Of a DNA stretch of 64,000 bases, positions 27,382 through 37,620 are shown piece after piece. The stretch lies in the IMG/VR virus record IMGVR_UViG_3300037200_000074. One strand, written 5' to 3'. A model generated the notes under the pieces. The model was not told where the DNA came from. It made no database searches and worked only from the letters and a program-made list of their open reading frames with translations. A program made the position numbers and the translations under genes. How positions within the stretch are numbered: position 1 is the first letter of the stretch; each line of letters begins with the position of its first letter. This DNA is from an uncultured virus (IMG/VR IMGVR_UViG_3300037200_000074) (lineage: Duplodnaviria; Heunggongvirae; Uroviricota; Caudoviricetes).

Positions 27382-30265
27382 CCCCAAGGCTAGTCTGACG
27401 TCTCTGTATCCCTTCGAAGAATTGTTCACGGCGCTCCCAGGATGGGATGAACGTCAAGAGACGCCACACCCTGAACAGTTCAAGATACGCTGTCCATTCC
27501 ATAACGAGAAGACCCCTAGCTTCGCCGTCAACCTAGAGACTGGTCGGTGGCGTTGCTTCGGTCAATGTTCTCGAGGTGGCGGGGCAGCGGAGATTCAGCA
27601 ACATCTTGGTATAGGTGGGGCGCTACCCGTTAGTAAGGCTGCAGTTAAAACCGGCGAACGGGTAGAGTTACCACCTATACCAGAGTCAGAGGTCCTTAAG
27701 CTACATGAAGAGCTGCTTGCATCTGAAACTGCTCTCCGTAAACTTGACCGCATGGGCCTTAATCAGACGACGGTGGAAAGATTCAAGCTTGGCTGGAACG
27801 GTAACCGCTACGCTTGGCCAGTCTACGACAGCCAAGGCGTGGTTCGTAACATACGCCTATACAAACCGGGGGCTAGTGGCGATAAGGTTATCAGCTTTAC
27901 CATGGATGTTGACGGTACAAAGTATTCATATGGCTCGGGGAATAATAGATTGTTCCCCATCTCATCAATCTTAGAGAACCAGACCAACGTAGTCTTGCTT
28001 TGTGAAGGGGAGAAAGATGCACTTACAGCCAACCAATGGGGATATGCGGCAGTCTCAGTTACCGCCGGAGCCGGAGAATGGCAAAATGAATACTGCAACG
28101 CCCCCCTCAAAAACAAACACGTCATCATCTGCTACGATATTGATAATGCCGGACGGAAGGGAGCACGTAAAGTTAAACAGCTCCTGCGTTTCATTGCCGC
28201 TAGCGTTCACATCTACGACATACCACCTGAGGGTCTCCCAGATAATGGTGACTTCACAGACTTCTTTCAACATCACGGCTTAAATGCACAACAACTTCTC
28301 GATCGATTCATTACTACAGCAGTCGTCGGCGGTGCTAGCAGTAAAAGTTTCCAGCTATTGGGCCTCGCTGACACCAAAAGACCGAGTTACAATAATCGAA
28401 GGATTACGGTCGATGCTCATGTCGTTGGAAAACAGACAACTCCATTTATTGCTGAACGAGGCTACCGAATCACTTGCCCAGTATCACGTGGAAAGATCTG
28501 CAATTCATGTGGACTCGGTGGGGAAGCTTCAGGTGATACAGTCATTACAATACCGGCTGACTCAAAAGATGTTTTGTACACTATCGAACGCACTGACGCC
28601 CAGGTCAGACAGTTTATACAAGAATCAGCCAGCATCATTAGATGTCCCCTCTGGACCACCGAGGCAGTAGACGACTCGCGTAGCTCAGTAGAGAAAATAG
28701 TGCTCTCGACGACAGTAGATCAACGCAACTATGAGAGCAGTTCTGAATATGTTCAGCAGATAGCCTACGCAGTAGACATACCTATTGTGTCTAACAGCGT
28801 ATACAAGTTTGAGGGTAGGATGACATCTCACCCTAAAGACCAGTCGAGTGTGTTCATAGTCACGGGAGCGAGCACATCTAAGCTCTCTATTGATACGTTT
28901 GAGGCAGTACCTGAGGTACACGAAGAATTGATGTCGTGCCGCCCGGCGGACACTGTAGAGTCTATAATGGAGTACTTAAATGCTCGGTGGTCTGACCTTG
29001 AAGCTAACGTCACCAAAATTTATATGCGACGACCTATACATATCATTACAGATTTGGTGGCGCACAGCTTACTTAGGTTCTCTATGTTTGGTCGTGTCCC
29101 GGATCGTTGCTGGCTTGAAGGTTACGTGGGTGGTGATACACGGCAAGGCAAATCTGAGGTTAGCAAAAGGTTACATAACTTTTACCGTGGCGGAGAATTA
29201 ATTGTCGCAGAGAATACAAGCCTGGCTGGACTCCTGGGTGGTGCACAAAAGCTCGCTAATGGTGAGTGGATGGTGTCCTGGGGCAAATGCCCGCTTAACG
29301 ATCGTGGTTGGGTTACAATCGACGAGTGCCAAAACATCCCCTTATCAGCTATGGCGGCGTTGTCCGGAATGCGGTCGTCAGGCGTCGCTGAAATTGATAA
29401 AATTCGAGTTGAACGAGTCCAGGCACGAACTCGAATTTTATGGTTGTCAAACCCTCGCTCTGATAACCTTAATGTGGATCAACTCGCACAAGGTATCCAA
29501 TTGGTTCCTGACGTCTTTGGACGGCCAGAAGACATTGCTAGACTCGACCTGGTCTCAGTCGTCCGTAGCAGAGACGTAGATTTTAGTGTTCTACGCAACA
29601 ATCCCATAGTCAAGTCTACCTACTCTAGTGAGCTCTGTCACACGTTGTTAATGTTCGCCTGGTCGCGACTACCCAGTGACATAAAGTTTACTGCTGAAGC
29701 CGAAGACATGGCTATGATACACGCAGAGAAGATTAGCAAGAAGTACTTCTGCGACATCAAAATAGTTGAAGCTATGGAAGAGCGCATTAAGATAGCTAGG
29801 ATAGCCGGGTCAGTTGCTGCGCTGTGCTACGCTATCAACGAACAAGGAATCCTAGAGATTACCGCCACACACGTCGAGGTGGCTAGCGCCCTTCTCGATC
29901 GTCTGTTATCGGACCCGGCAGTTGCCTACGACGAGTACGCGGCTGGCTACCAGTCGGCGGAAACCGTGAAAAATAGGGAAGCTATACTGGAGTGGGCAAA
30001 TAGACAGAACGAGGAGCTACTGCGAATTATACTTACGCAGCGTGAGATGCGCATGTTTGACTTTCAAAATTACGCTGCGTGCGATAAGGATAGCGCTCAA
30101 AACATGATGAGCTTCCTCGTCATGCAGCGCGCGATGGTACTTCGCAATCAAGCCTACGCCAAGAGCGCGGGATTTGTGACCATACTTCGAGAATGCTTAG
30201 AGAAGGGGATTTATGCACGAGGACCAGCCAACGCCGCCTCGCCGCCCAAGGATGTCAGTTTCTAG
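27344..30265 (+). CDS. primase (CHC2 Zn finger + TOPRIM) fused to MCM-like AAA+ helicase
   Basis: CPFHNEKTPSF...WRCFGQC; LCEGEKDAL; YDIDNAG; GDTRQGKS; TSLAGLLGG; LNDRGWVTIDE; SNP; RLDL. Confidence 0.88.
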   Translation: MRTSSQKQSPTTSPKASLTSLYPFEELFTALPGWDERQETPHPEQFKIRCPFHNEKTPSFAVNLETGRWRCFGQCSRGGGAAEIQQHLGIGGALPVSKAAVKTGERVELPPIPESEVLKLHEELLASETALRKLDRMGLNQTTVERFKLGWNGNRYAWPVYDSQGVVRNIRLYKPGASGDKVISFTMDVDGTKYSYGSGNNRLFPISSILENQTNVVLLCEGEKDALTANQWGYAAVSVTAGAGEWQNEYCNAPLKNKHVIICYDIDNAGRKGARKVKQLLRFIAASVHIYDIPPEGLPDNGDFTDFFQHHGLNAQQLLDRFITTAVVGGASSKSFQLLGLADTKRPSYNNRRITVDAHVVGKQTTPFIAERGYRITCPVSRGKICNSCGLGGEASGDTVITIPADSKDVLYTIERTDAQVRQFIQESASIIRCPLWTTEAVDDSRSSVEKIVLSTTVDQRNYESSSEYVQQIAYAVDIPIVSNSVYKFEGRMTSHPKDQSSVFIVTGASTSKLSIDTFEAVPEVHEELMSCRPADTVESIMEYLNARWSDLEANVTKIYMRRPIHIITDLVAHSLLRFSMFGRVPDRCWLEGYVGGDTRQGKSEVSKRLHNFYRGGELIVAENTSLAGLLGGAQKLANGEWMVSWGKCPLNDRGWVTIDECQNIPLSAMAALSGMRSSGVAEIDKIRVERVQARTRILWLSNPRSDNLNVDQLAQGIQLVPDVFGRPEDIARLDLVSVVRSRDVDFSVLRNNPIVKSTYSSELCHTLLMFAWSRLPSDIKFTAEAEDMAMIHAEKISKKYFCDIKIVEAMEERIKIARIAGSVAALCYAINEQGILEITATHVEVASALLDRLLSDPAVAYDEYAAGYQSAETVKNREAILEWANRQNEELLRIILTQREMRMFDFQNYAACDKDSAQNMMSFLVMQRAMVLRNQAYAKSAGFVTILRECLEKGIYARGPANAASPPKDVSF

Positions 30266-30695
30266 TGTTGTAGAGTCAACTATTAATGGACTAATAGTTA
30301 ACTGGCCAACATTGGTTGCACAATTTCAAGAACAAATACTTAAGAACAAGTTCCCTAAAATGGGTAGTATGACGGTAACTGCAGAGCAGATACCTGATTT
30401 TCTTCATGAAGAAGTCAACGAGATCAAAGAAGCTTACGATGCAGACGACCTGTACGGCGTCATAGACGGGTTATGCGACCTTATATACTATGCTATAGGT
30501 ATGAGTCACCAGATGGGTGTTCACCTAGGCCCATACTTCTTTGAAGTGCACCTCGCCAATATGGAGAAGGAGCACGACCCCGACGCCGTGCCCGGTGTCA
30601 ATAAGCGAGTCATAAAACCCGAGGGCTGGCAAGAACCTCGAATTGCAGAAATCATGGCCTATATGGCTAAACGGAGGGTAAAGCCATCATTATAG
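30252..30695 (+). CDS. MazG-like / all-alpha NTP pyrophosphohydrolase
   Basis: EEVNE...DGLCDLIYYAIG...EVHLANMEK...KVIKPEGW-type ending (RVIKPEGW). Confidence 0.85.
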   Translation: MSVSSVVESTINGLIVNWPTLVAQFQEQILKNKFPKMGSMTVTAEQIPDFLHEEVNEIKEAYDADDLYGVIDGLCDLIYYAIGMSHQMGVHLGPYFFEVHLANMEKEHDPDAVPGVNKRVIKPEGWQEPRIAEIMAYMAKRRVKPSL

Positions 30696-31252
30696 TTGAA
30701 GGAACGGATCTCAGTGGTAAGTCAACTCTAGCGTTTCAGATTCAGCAGCAGTTCTCATCGCGGCTGATTCACCTAGGTCTACCACCTACCGGCCAGCGTC
30801 ACTGGGATGTTCTGAAGAAGGAACTCATGCTTGTGAATCGCAATACTGTATTCGACCGAGCATGTCTTGGCTCAATGGTGTATGGTCAGATTAAGAACGA
30901 CCCACCGAACAGCCAACCTGTGACTGAGATAGAGAAGGGAAAGTTCGATGATTACGTCTTCCAGACCCATAGCCTTCTCGTATACGCCTTCGCGCCCGAA
31001 GCTGTACTTAAACAACGCTTTAAGAAGAGAGGTGACAGCTATCTATCGATTCAGGAAATTATCAAGGCCGGGCATCTCTACCGAACGCTCTTCGACACTT
31101 ATCTCAATAGCTATGTTCGGGTATTAGAGTACGACAGCAGTCAGTATACAGCAGTTAGCTTTATTGAAGCTAACACGTCTAGTCTTGCAACGGCTCTGTG
31201 GCCTGCAACGGGACATGTAACGGACTACAAGGCTGCGCGGTTGCTCAAGTGA
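30686..31252 (+). CDS. P-loop dNMP (thymidylate-like) kinase
   Basis: IIVEGTDLSGKST Walker A upstream of the ORF-track start, FDR motif, RGD lid; no ATG/GTG/TTG before the P-loop. Confidence 0.85.
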   Translation: MIIVEGTDLSGKSTLAFQIQQQFSSRLIHLGLPPTGQRHWDVLKKELMLVNRNTVFDRACLGSMVYGQIKNDPPNSQPVTEIEKGKFDDYVFQTHSLLVYAFAPEAVLKQRFKKRGDSYLSIQEIIKAGHLYRTLFDTYLNSYVRVLEYDSSQYTAVSFIEANTSSLATALWPATGHVTDYKAARLLK

Positions 31253-32157
31253 AGATAGTTCATGGGGACATGGGCAGCCTCTATCGTGAGGTACTATCCC
31301 AGATGCTGGAAGCGCCAGTCATCGATGGTACCAAGGACACCTCTGCCGAAATACTGAACGCGCAGTTTGTACTCACTAACCCGCAGTACAACCTAATAGC
31401 TAGTAAGGAGCGCGCGTTTAACTATCGCTACATGGTAGCTGAGATGCTTTGGAACGCGCAGCCAATGGCAGATCTCAAGCCATTATCTGATGTATTCCCT
31501 GGCGTGCGTCGATTTGTTGAAGATCAAGATGAGTGGAACAGAGAGAAAGTAAGTTGGGCGTATGGCTTCTCGGTATGGCCAGGTTTGCTGTACTGCTACG
31601 ATGAACTGATTGATGACCCAGGGTCACGTCGCGCGGTGATACGTGTGGGTGTGAACCACCGATCGTCGCAACTGCTCTCTCGAATTACTAAAAAAGGCAC
31701 ACCGCCCTGTCTCGTAAGTCAGCAGTTTCTGATTCGAGGTGGAAGCCTTCACTCGATCGTGCAAATGCGGTCTAACGATGTCTGGCGCGGATTTCCGCTT
31801 GATGTGTATCAGTTCACCATGTGGCAACTCATCCTGGCTGCTAAGCTTGAGATACCAGTAGGTGATTACTATCACAACGCTAGTAGTTTTCATCTCTACG
31901 AGCGCGACCGCAAAGCAGCCCAGGCTATGGTAGAGGGGGAGTGTGCTGGGATTACAAGTAGCAAACCGAGCAGCTACTTCTTTGATGACTTAATGAAATG
32001 CAAACCTATGGGAGTACTAAGCGCAGCAGCACAGTACGCTAGGGATAAAACAGGCTCAGGACCTTGGCTTGGCGTTTACTCTGGCGAGCACACTGAATTG
32101 CTTACAGAATTCGGATACCTCAAGCTGTCAGGATACGGATCAGGTTGGAGCAACTAA
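31249..32157 (+). CDS. thymidylate synthase / dCMP hydroxymethylase superfamily enzyme
   Basis: DPGSRRAV, PPC catalytic Cys, MRSNDVWRGFPLD, SFHLYE; GTG start overlapping kinase stop. Confidence 0.9.
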   Translation: MKIVHGDMGSLYREVLSQMLEAPVIDGTKDTSAEILNAQFVLTNPQYNLIASKERAFNYRYMVAEMLWNAQPMADLKPLSDVFPGVRRFVEDQDEWNREKVSWAYGFSVWPGLLYCYDELIDDPGSRRAVIRVGVNHRSSQLLSRITKKGTPPCLVSQQFLIRGGSLHSIVQMRSNDVWRGFPLDVYQFTMWQLILAAKLEIPVGDYYHNASSFHLYERDRKAAQAMVEGECAGITSSKPSSYFFDDLMKCKPMGVLSAAAQYARDKTGSGPWLGVYSGEHTELLTEFGYLKLSGYGSGWSN

Positions 32158-34172
32158 CCTGGGAGAACGTGTTGGTGACTAAGGTAAGTCACTTGCGCCC
32201 ATTGCTGAAGTCTATGAAGTCGAGAGAACGTATTGCTATCGACACAGAAACTGATGGGCTGCAATGGGCACGCGGTAATAAGCCTTTTATGGCCACGTTC
32301 TGCGCTGACTATGATAAAGTCTACGCTACTTACGAGCCAGAATTTTTTGCTAAGGTATTCGAGGCTGCCCTACCTGTAACTCAAATCTATCACAATGCTA
32401 AGTTTGACTTACACATGATAGGTAACTGGTTAGGTAAGCGACCGGAGGACTACTTTGAATTAAAGCTTGCAGACACCATGCAAGCCTTCAGGATTCAATA
32501 CCCGCTTGACTCGGCCCGCCTGAAGGTAGCCGCTAATAGGTACCTAGAGGGTAAAGTAGATGTAGCTGGGCCGCAGGCAGCGGTGAAGAAGTGGATAAGT
32601 GAAAATAGCTCTCGTGAGCGTATAAACAAGAAGTGGATTACCACTAGCCCTAGCTACGACATGGTCCCACCTGAGATCATGTTACCATACGCAACGCAGG
32701 ACGTATGGATGACTCAATACTGTCACGACAGACTGGCTATTGAGCGTGGTTCAGGACCAGAGAAACGGGCGCAACTGTATTTACGTGAAGTTTTGCTCGT
32801 AAAGCTATTACTTCACTGCGAGTATCATGGCTGGCCAGTGAACTATGACTCGTTAATGTTAGCCTTAGAGAATTCTGCTACCCGCTTCGACGCGGCTATG
32901 GCGGTTTTAGAGGAAATGGCACCTGGTCTTAATATCGCTTCAACGCCTCAGCTACGCAAGTACCTATACGAGACGCTCGGTGAGCCTATAAAGCACAGGG
33001 TAAAAGTCAAGAAAAATCTGGTTGAGCCGGGTCCCTCGACTGATGAAACTACTCTTCTTGATCTTAACCATAAGGAGGAAGGAGGGGTTATACTTGATGT
33101 TCGACATTGGAAGCGTACCCGAGACAAGTATAACGAGTTGGCTCTCTACCTTACCCCCAACAGTACTGTACACTCTGACCTCAAACAAGAACGAGCTAAG
33201 ACTGGTAGGTTCGGTTCCTCTAAACCAGCTTTACAAAATTTGCCTAACGCTCACGGTAGCAAAGATGGGTATGACTTCTGTTCGTGTCATAAAGGACAGG
33301 ACTTATCATGGACACTAGTTCGTGATGTATTTCAGCCTCCGCCTGGGTATGAGTGGCTCTACGCTGACTACTCTCAAATTGAGATGCGCATCTTTGCGCA
33401 CTACTGTAGAGACCCCTATCTTGTAGAAGCCATCATTAAAGGAGACGACTTACATAAGCTAACCGCCGCGCGCATGTATGGCGTCTCGCTGGACGACGTT
33501 ACTAAAGCTATGCGTGCGTTCGGTAAAATTATGAACTTCACAATCATCTATGGAGGTGGCCGCAATAAAATTGCTACAGCACTACGTGAAGGATCAGCGC
33601 AGAACGATCCGCTTACTCTTGAGGAGGCTCAACGTGCGCTGCTAGCTCTCATGCCCGAAGCGCCTGCAGCATGGATGCCAGACCCCTACGAGCCGCTCGC
33701 CGCTACACTTCTCAAGATGTACTATAAGCAGTTTCCGGATATCAAATATTTCATGAATACTGTACAGAACACTATCAAGTGGCGCTGGCATAATGAGGGA
33801 GAGGGATATGTCAAAAATGTCTTTGGAAGAATTACCCCGGTTGATCCAGAACGCGCGTATGCTGGCGTCAACTACATCATTCAGGGAACAGCAGCAGATC
33901 TTCTCAAAGATGCAATGCTCAATTCCTGGTTTGCTTGCACTGAATACGCTATTGAACATAACCTCACACCCTGGGAAGATATAGCTGCTATTGGGACGAT
34001 TCACGACGAGCTCATATTCCAAGTACGGGCAGGTCACGCCGAAGCGTTGGCGAAGCACTTGAAACCGATCCTGGTGAACTGGCCTATGCTCTCACTGCCT
34101 ATCACCGTAGACTTTGCGCATGTTCCAGAGGGCGGGTCATGGGCACGTAAGAAGGAGCTATTAGTTGCCTGA
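32145..34172 (+). CDS. polA: DNA polymerase family A with 3'-5' exonuclease
   Basis: DTETDG, HNAKFD, YATQD exonuclease motifs; TGRFGS, ADYSQIEMR, RxxxKxxNFxxxYG, IHDE. Confidence 0.95.
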   Translation: MEQLTWENVLVTKVSHLRPLLKSMKSRERIAIDTETDGLQWARGNKPFMATFCADYDKVYATYEPEFFAKVFEAALPVTQIYHNAKFDLHMIGNWLGKRPEDYFELKLADTMQAFRIQYPLDSARLKVAANRYLEGKVDVAGPQAAVKKWISENSSRERINKKWITTSPSYDMVPPEIMLPYATQDVWMTQYCHDRLAIERGSGPEKRAQLYLREVLLVKLLLHCEYHGWPVNYDSLMLALENSATRFDAAMAVLEEMAPGLNIASTPQLRKYLYETLGEPIKHRVKVKKNLVEPGPSTDETTLLDLNHKEEGGVILDVRHWKRTRDKYNELALYLTPNSTVHSDLKQERAKTGRFGSSKPALQNLPNAHGSKDGYDFCSCHKGQDLSWTLVRDVFQPPPGYEWLYADYSQIEMRIFAHYCRDPYLVEAIIKGDDLHKLTAARMYGVSLDDVTKAMRAFGKIMNFTIIYGGGRNKIATALREGSAQNDPLTLEEAQRALLALMPEAPAAWMPDPYEPLAATLLKMYYKQFPDIKYFMNTVQNTIKWRWHNEGEGYVKNVFGRITPVDPERAYAGVNYIIQGTAADLLKDAMLNSWFACTEYAIEHNLTPWEDIAAIGTIHDELIFQVRAGHAEALAKHLKPILVNWPMLSLPITVDFAHVPEGGSWARKKELLVA

Positions 34173-34326
34173 TCGTTTATTTCAATGCCCTCAGTGCGGG
34201 GTGTACTGGGAGCGAGCGTCACACGTAGATGCTTGCCTAAACAAACACGACCAAGATGCGCTGAAGGAGATTATGGATGCCAGCGAACAAGATGACAGAA
34301 GCTATCACAATGGTATGGGCTGCTGA
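34165..34326 (+). CDS. 53-aa Zn-finger peptide
   Basis: FQCPQC...C..KH; AAGGAG RBS before TTG; TGATG overlap with methyltransferase. Confidence 0.5.
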   Translation: MPDRLFQCPQCGVYWERASHVDACLNKHDQDALKEIMDASEQDDRSYHNGMGC

Positions 34327-35273
34327 TGCCGGCAAATAGTAGGGCTGGTTACGCCCTCTTTCACCTCGACCCAAATGGCAACGCAGAACTATTGAAGATT
34401 CATCGTGATCTCTGGGCACACAATCAAAGGTATGATTACTTCAGCCATCAGTTTGGTCATACATGCGATGACTTCGATAAGCACCCTGAGCTTGACATGT
34501 GCGCCATGTGTCTCGAGAATGGTGGCTGGTTCGACTTCCCTGAACGCCTTGCGCGAGGCGACTATTCTGCAATGATGTTGAAGTACTCGTTCTTTGCGAA
34601 GTACTTTGTAGGAGAACGAATGGAGGGTACGGTTGTTGATCTTGGGTGCGGGCCGCTTGCTGCAGTTGGCCGCATGTTGTATACTAATCGTCGTAAGGTA
34701 GCCCACTATGTAGGCGTTGATTATCGCAACCCTAAGCCCGAGTACAAGCCACACTTCCCAGCCACCTTCATGCAAGGTGACGTCACAGATTGGGACGGAA
34801 CTTACACTAAGGTGCTCGACGCGTTAGAGGGCAAACCGCCTGACGTCATAGTGACACTCGAAGTTCTCGAACACATGAGCAAAGAGAAGGGGCTAATGTT
34901 CCTAGCGAACATCAAGCGACTCTGTGCTCCGGGTACGGTAGTGTTCTTGTCCACGCCGTGCCACGACAACATTCACCTACCGCACGATCATGTTTACGAG
35001 TGGGGCCATGCTGAACTAAAAGCGCAACTCGAACAGGACTTCATTATCGAAGACAACATGGGGACGTTCGCCAGTCAGCGTGAGATAGTTCCTGTCTTGA
35101 CACCCGACGAGCGGCTCGTGTATGAGAAGATGCAACGCTTCTATGATTCCTCACTCATCAGTGTACTGTTCGCGCCGATGCACCCAGCGGAGTCACGCAA
35201 TAGCATCTGGCGTCTACGGGCTCTGCCGACCAAGTCGAAGATTACTACAGGCGGTCGCGACAAGAAAAGGTGA
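34326..35273 (+). CDS. class I SAM-dependent methyltransferase
   Basis: VVDLGCG, YVGVD, EVLEH, FLSTP, HVYEW motifs; lacks DPPY/NPPY or PCQ DNA-MTase motifs. Confidence 0.85.
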   Translation: MPANSRAGYALFHLDPNGNAELLKIHRDLWAHNQRYDYFSHQFGHTCDDFDKHPELDMCAMCLENGGWFDFPERLARGDYSAMMLKYSFFAKYFVGERMEGTVVDLGCGPLAAVGRMLYTNRRKVAHYVGVDYRNPKPEYKPHFPATFMQGDVTDWDGTYTKVLDALEGKPPDVIVTLEVLEHMSKEKGLMFLANIKRLCAPGTVVFLSTPCHDNIHLPHDHVYEWGHAELKAQLEQDFIIEDNMGTFASQREIVPVLTPDERLVYEKMQRFYDSSLISVLFAPMHPAESRNSIWRLRALPTKSKITTGGRDKKR

Positions 35274-35710
35274 CCGAGTTTATTCTCATTCGCATAATCA
35301 ACCAGGAGAATCCTGAGCTACTCGTCGATGCGTTGCGCGTCGAGCTAGACGCTTACCTGAGGACTACCAACCTGCGACCGGGCCTTGACTACGAGATTCA
35401 GACGCCGGACGACGTCGATCCGTTACGAGGTCTGTCTGGTGAGTCGAATGGGATGTCTTCTAAGAAGCAAATGAACTTGCTTAAGTGGCGCATTGACCTG
35501 CTGCGAATAAAGCATAAGCTAATCATACCTGACCCGGAACTAGATGAACAGGCTTCGTTGGTGCTGTTCGTTTATGATACTGAGTGCCGCGAGGGGCCTA
35601 TCACGAGCAGTCGTGCCTCCAGCATGATAGACGCGACCAACGATTTACTAGAGGAGATTGAATGCACAGAATCTACATCGCAAGTGCTCTCAGCAACAAA
35701 AACAAAGTAG
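35270..35710 (+). CDS. hypothetical protein in modification cluster
   Basis: 146 aa, GTGA overlap. Confidence 0.6.
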   Translation: MTEFILIRIINQENPELLVDALRVELDAYLRTTNLRPGLDYEIQTPDDVDPLRGLSGESNGMSSKKQMNLLKWRIDLLRIKHKLIIPDPELDEQASLVLFVYDTECREGPITSSRASSMIDATNDLLEEIECTESTSQVLSATKTK

Positions 35711-36084
35711 ACCAACTATTCTCAGTCATAGAGGCACACCATCCGGTTGAGTTCACCTACAAATGGTACGAAGTAGGAAAAGTCCCGAAGGACGCATACC
35801 TAGACGTGGCGTCGAAGGAATTGCACGGCGTACTCAACGCCGATGTCTTCATTGCGCTATTGCCAGGGAAGAAAGGCACGCACACCGAACTTGGAATTGC
35901 AATCGCCACCTGTCCGAAAGTTATAGTGCTCGGTGAAGAGGATGACTTCGAGCCGGTAGACGAAGACAATTACCCTAGTATTTTCTACTTCCTCCCCATG
36001 GTAGAGCGAGTCGTCTATGACGGTACTCATGAGGGACTCTTCAAGACAGGATTGAAGGCATTTGAACAAGCGATTCGACGCTAG
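35662..36084 (+). CDS. nucleoside 2-deoxyribosyltransferase / nucleotide N-glycosidase-like protein
   Basis: IYIAS...ADVFIALLPG..GTHTELGIA. Confidence 0.8.
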   Translation: MHRIYIASALSNKNKVDQLFSVIEAHHPVEFTYKWYEVGKVPKDAYLDVASKELHGVLNADVFIALLPGKKGTHTELGIAIATCPKVIVLGEEDDFEPVDEDNYPSIFYFLPMVERVVYDGTHEGLFKTGLKAFEQAIRR

Positions 36085-36340
36085 CATCTCCTATGACATC
36101 GACATGGTAGTCGATGACGAGGCGCAAGACATTCTTGCCAAGAACCTTGAGTCGTTCGGCGCGCGTAACATCAAAGTAGTTCTGAAGCCATGGACGGGCG
36201 CAGGCGAACATGAATTCGTAGGTTCGAACATACCAGGACTTGAAGGTCGCGCGGTGTGTATCAAGTGTACCAAGACGCGCGACGACGCACCCGAGAAGTG
36301 CGCAGGTATACCAGTAACTTCTAAGGCGGTGCGGAAGTGA
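36062..36340 (+). CDS. hypothetical protein
   Basis: 92 aa; HxF...CxxC. Confidence 0.5.
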   Translation: MNKRFDASISYDIDMVVDDEAQDILAKNLESFGARNIKVVLKPWTGAGEHEFVGSNIPGLEGRAVCIKCTKTRDDAPEKCAGIPVTSKAVRK

Positions 36341-37272
36341 ACATCGCCGAGACGTACCAAGATCACAAATCAAGGTATTTTGCATGGATGTTCGAGCGCC
36401 AACACATCTGGTACAAGCGTTTCGTTGAACGCTCGAAGCCACCATTCTCGGACGATCCCATCATGGTGGAGAACCGATTCACCAATACCTACCGCGAGCT
36501 AGACCGTGGTACCAAATACGCTTTGGCTGAAGTGCTACCTTGTAGAGAATTAGACGACCAGTTTTGGAATGTGTTCATGAGGACGCTGGCGTATCGTCTC
36601 TTCAACAAGGTAAGCACCTACGATAAGGTGTTTCGACCCGCTGAATTCTTCACTTCATCTATCTGGGGTGCAGGCGATGATGAATGGGAGAATTTGGCTG
36701 ACGCGCTCTACGAGCTTCATGAAAATGAGCCTATCTTCACTCGTGCTCACGTCATTCCTACCTTTGGTGCGGTAGCCGCCAATGAGGAGCGTAAGAGCGA
36801 CGCTATCATCGCGTTCTTGCGCCAAGTAAACACAGAGTTCAAGCCGGTGCTACAAGAAATCCAGCATATGGGCTTCGAGGAGGCGCATCGTCTCTTGATG
36901 AAGATCAATCACATCGGTGACTTTCTTGCCTTCGAAATCCTATCGGACCTAGCCTATACCGGCTTCGTGCAGTTTGACGAGGATGAATGGGCCAACGCCG
37001 GACCAGGTGCTCGAGATGGTCTGAAGCTTATCTACCCTAATGATTCACGCATGCCAATAACGCTAATGAAAGAACTGCAGGACCAGCAGGACCTTATGTT
37101 CGCTTCGCTCGGTCTACCTATTTATCTCTATGTAGGTCCAAGCGTACACAACGCTCGCCTTACGCTGCGTAATATTGAAGGTGGGCTCTGCGAGTACTAC
37201 AAGTACAACAGCTGCGTCAACGGTAAAAAGCGGCTACCGTTTCAGATAGGTCAGGGGTACGTCTGGAAATAG
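36337..37272 (+). CDS. aGPT-Pplase1 / 5-hmU DNA kinase helical-domain family base-hypermodification protein
   Basis: ERQxIWxKR...PPFSDDPI...RFTNxYRELDRGT...YRxFN...GxFLAFExxxDL...GPGAxxGL...IExxLCEYYKY. Confidence 0.85.
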   Translation: MNIAETYQDHKSRYFAWMFERQHIWYKRFVERSKPPFSDDPIMVENRFTNTYRELDRGTKYALAEVLPCRELDDQFWNVFMRTLAYRLFNKVSTYDKVFRPAEFFTSSIWGAGDDEWENLADALYELHENEPIFTRAHVIPTFGAVAANEERKSDAIIAFLRQVNTEFKPVLQEIQHMGFEEAHRLLMKINHIGDFLAFEILSDLAYTGFVQFDEDEWANAGPGARDGLKLIYPNDSRMPITLMKELQDQQDLMFASLGLPIYLYVGPSVHNARLTLRNIEGGLCEYYKYNSCVNGKKRLPFQIGQGYVWK

Positions 37273-37620
37273 GTAGCCTAGTGCAAAAGGGAGTGACTGA
37301 TGCTGCGATTGGTATTGGTGCCTTAAGCAGTACTGCGTTACCCCTATTGTACTGTCGCGGTATTTCTTTAAGATAGCTGATATCCCTTCAGCGTCTGCAA
37401 CCTGCGCTAAAAATAGTTCCTGCCTGGGGTCCAACTTAGCGTCTACTTTTAGCTCAAGAGCTACGTACCGGCCAGCGGCGCATATTATTAGGTCAGGGAT
37501 GCCCGGTGCGTCGTCGTGGGTGCACCACCACTGAACGCGGTAGCCGATGGAGACTAGGTGCTCTAGCTCGCCAATGACCTGGTCTTTGAGAATGCCCTCA
37601 GGAGTTGCTCTTCCAGCCAT
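37234..37620 (-). CDS. VRR-NUC / PD-(D/E)xK nuclease (resolvase-like)
   Basis: E...GIPDL...LELK...Q motifs. Confidence 0.85.
   Translation of the reverse strand: MAGRATPEGILKDQVIGELEHLVSIGYRVQWWCTHDDAPGIPDLIICAAGRYVALELKVDAKLDPRQELFLAQVADAEGISAILKKYRDSTIGVTQYCLRHQYQSQHQSLPFALGYLFPDVPLTYLKR

Noticed and set aside
27344..34172. Inteins or introns in primase-helicase or polymerase
   Set aside because: Motifs are contiguous; no intein terminal His-Asn/Cys signature or LAGLIDADG block seen; only short insertions.
34326..35273. Restriction-modification DNA methyltransferase
   Set aside because: No DPPY/NPPY or PCQ catalytic motif; looks like a small-molecule-type class I methyltransferase.
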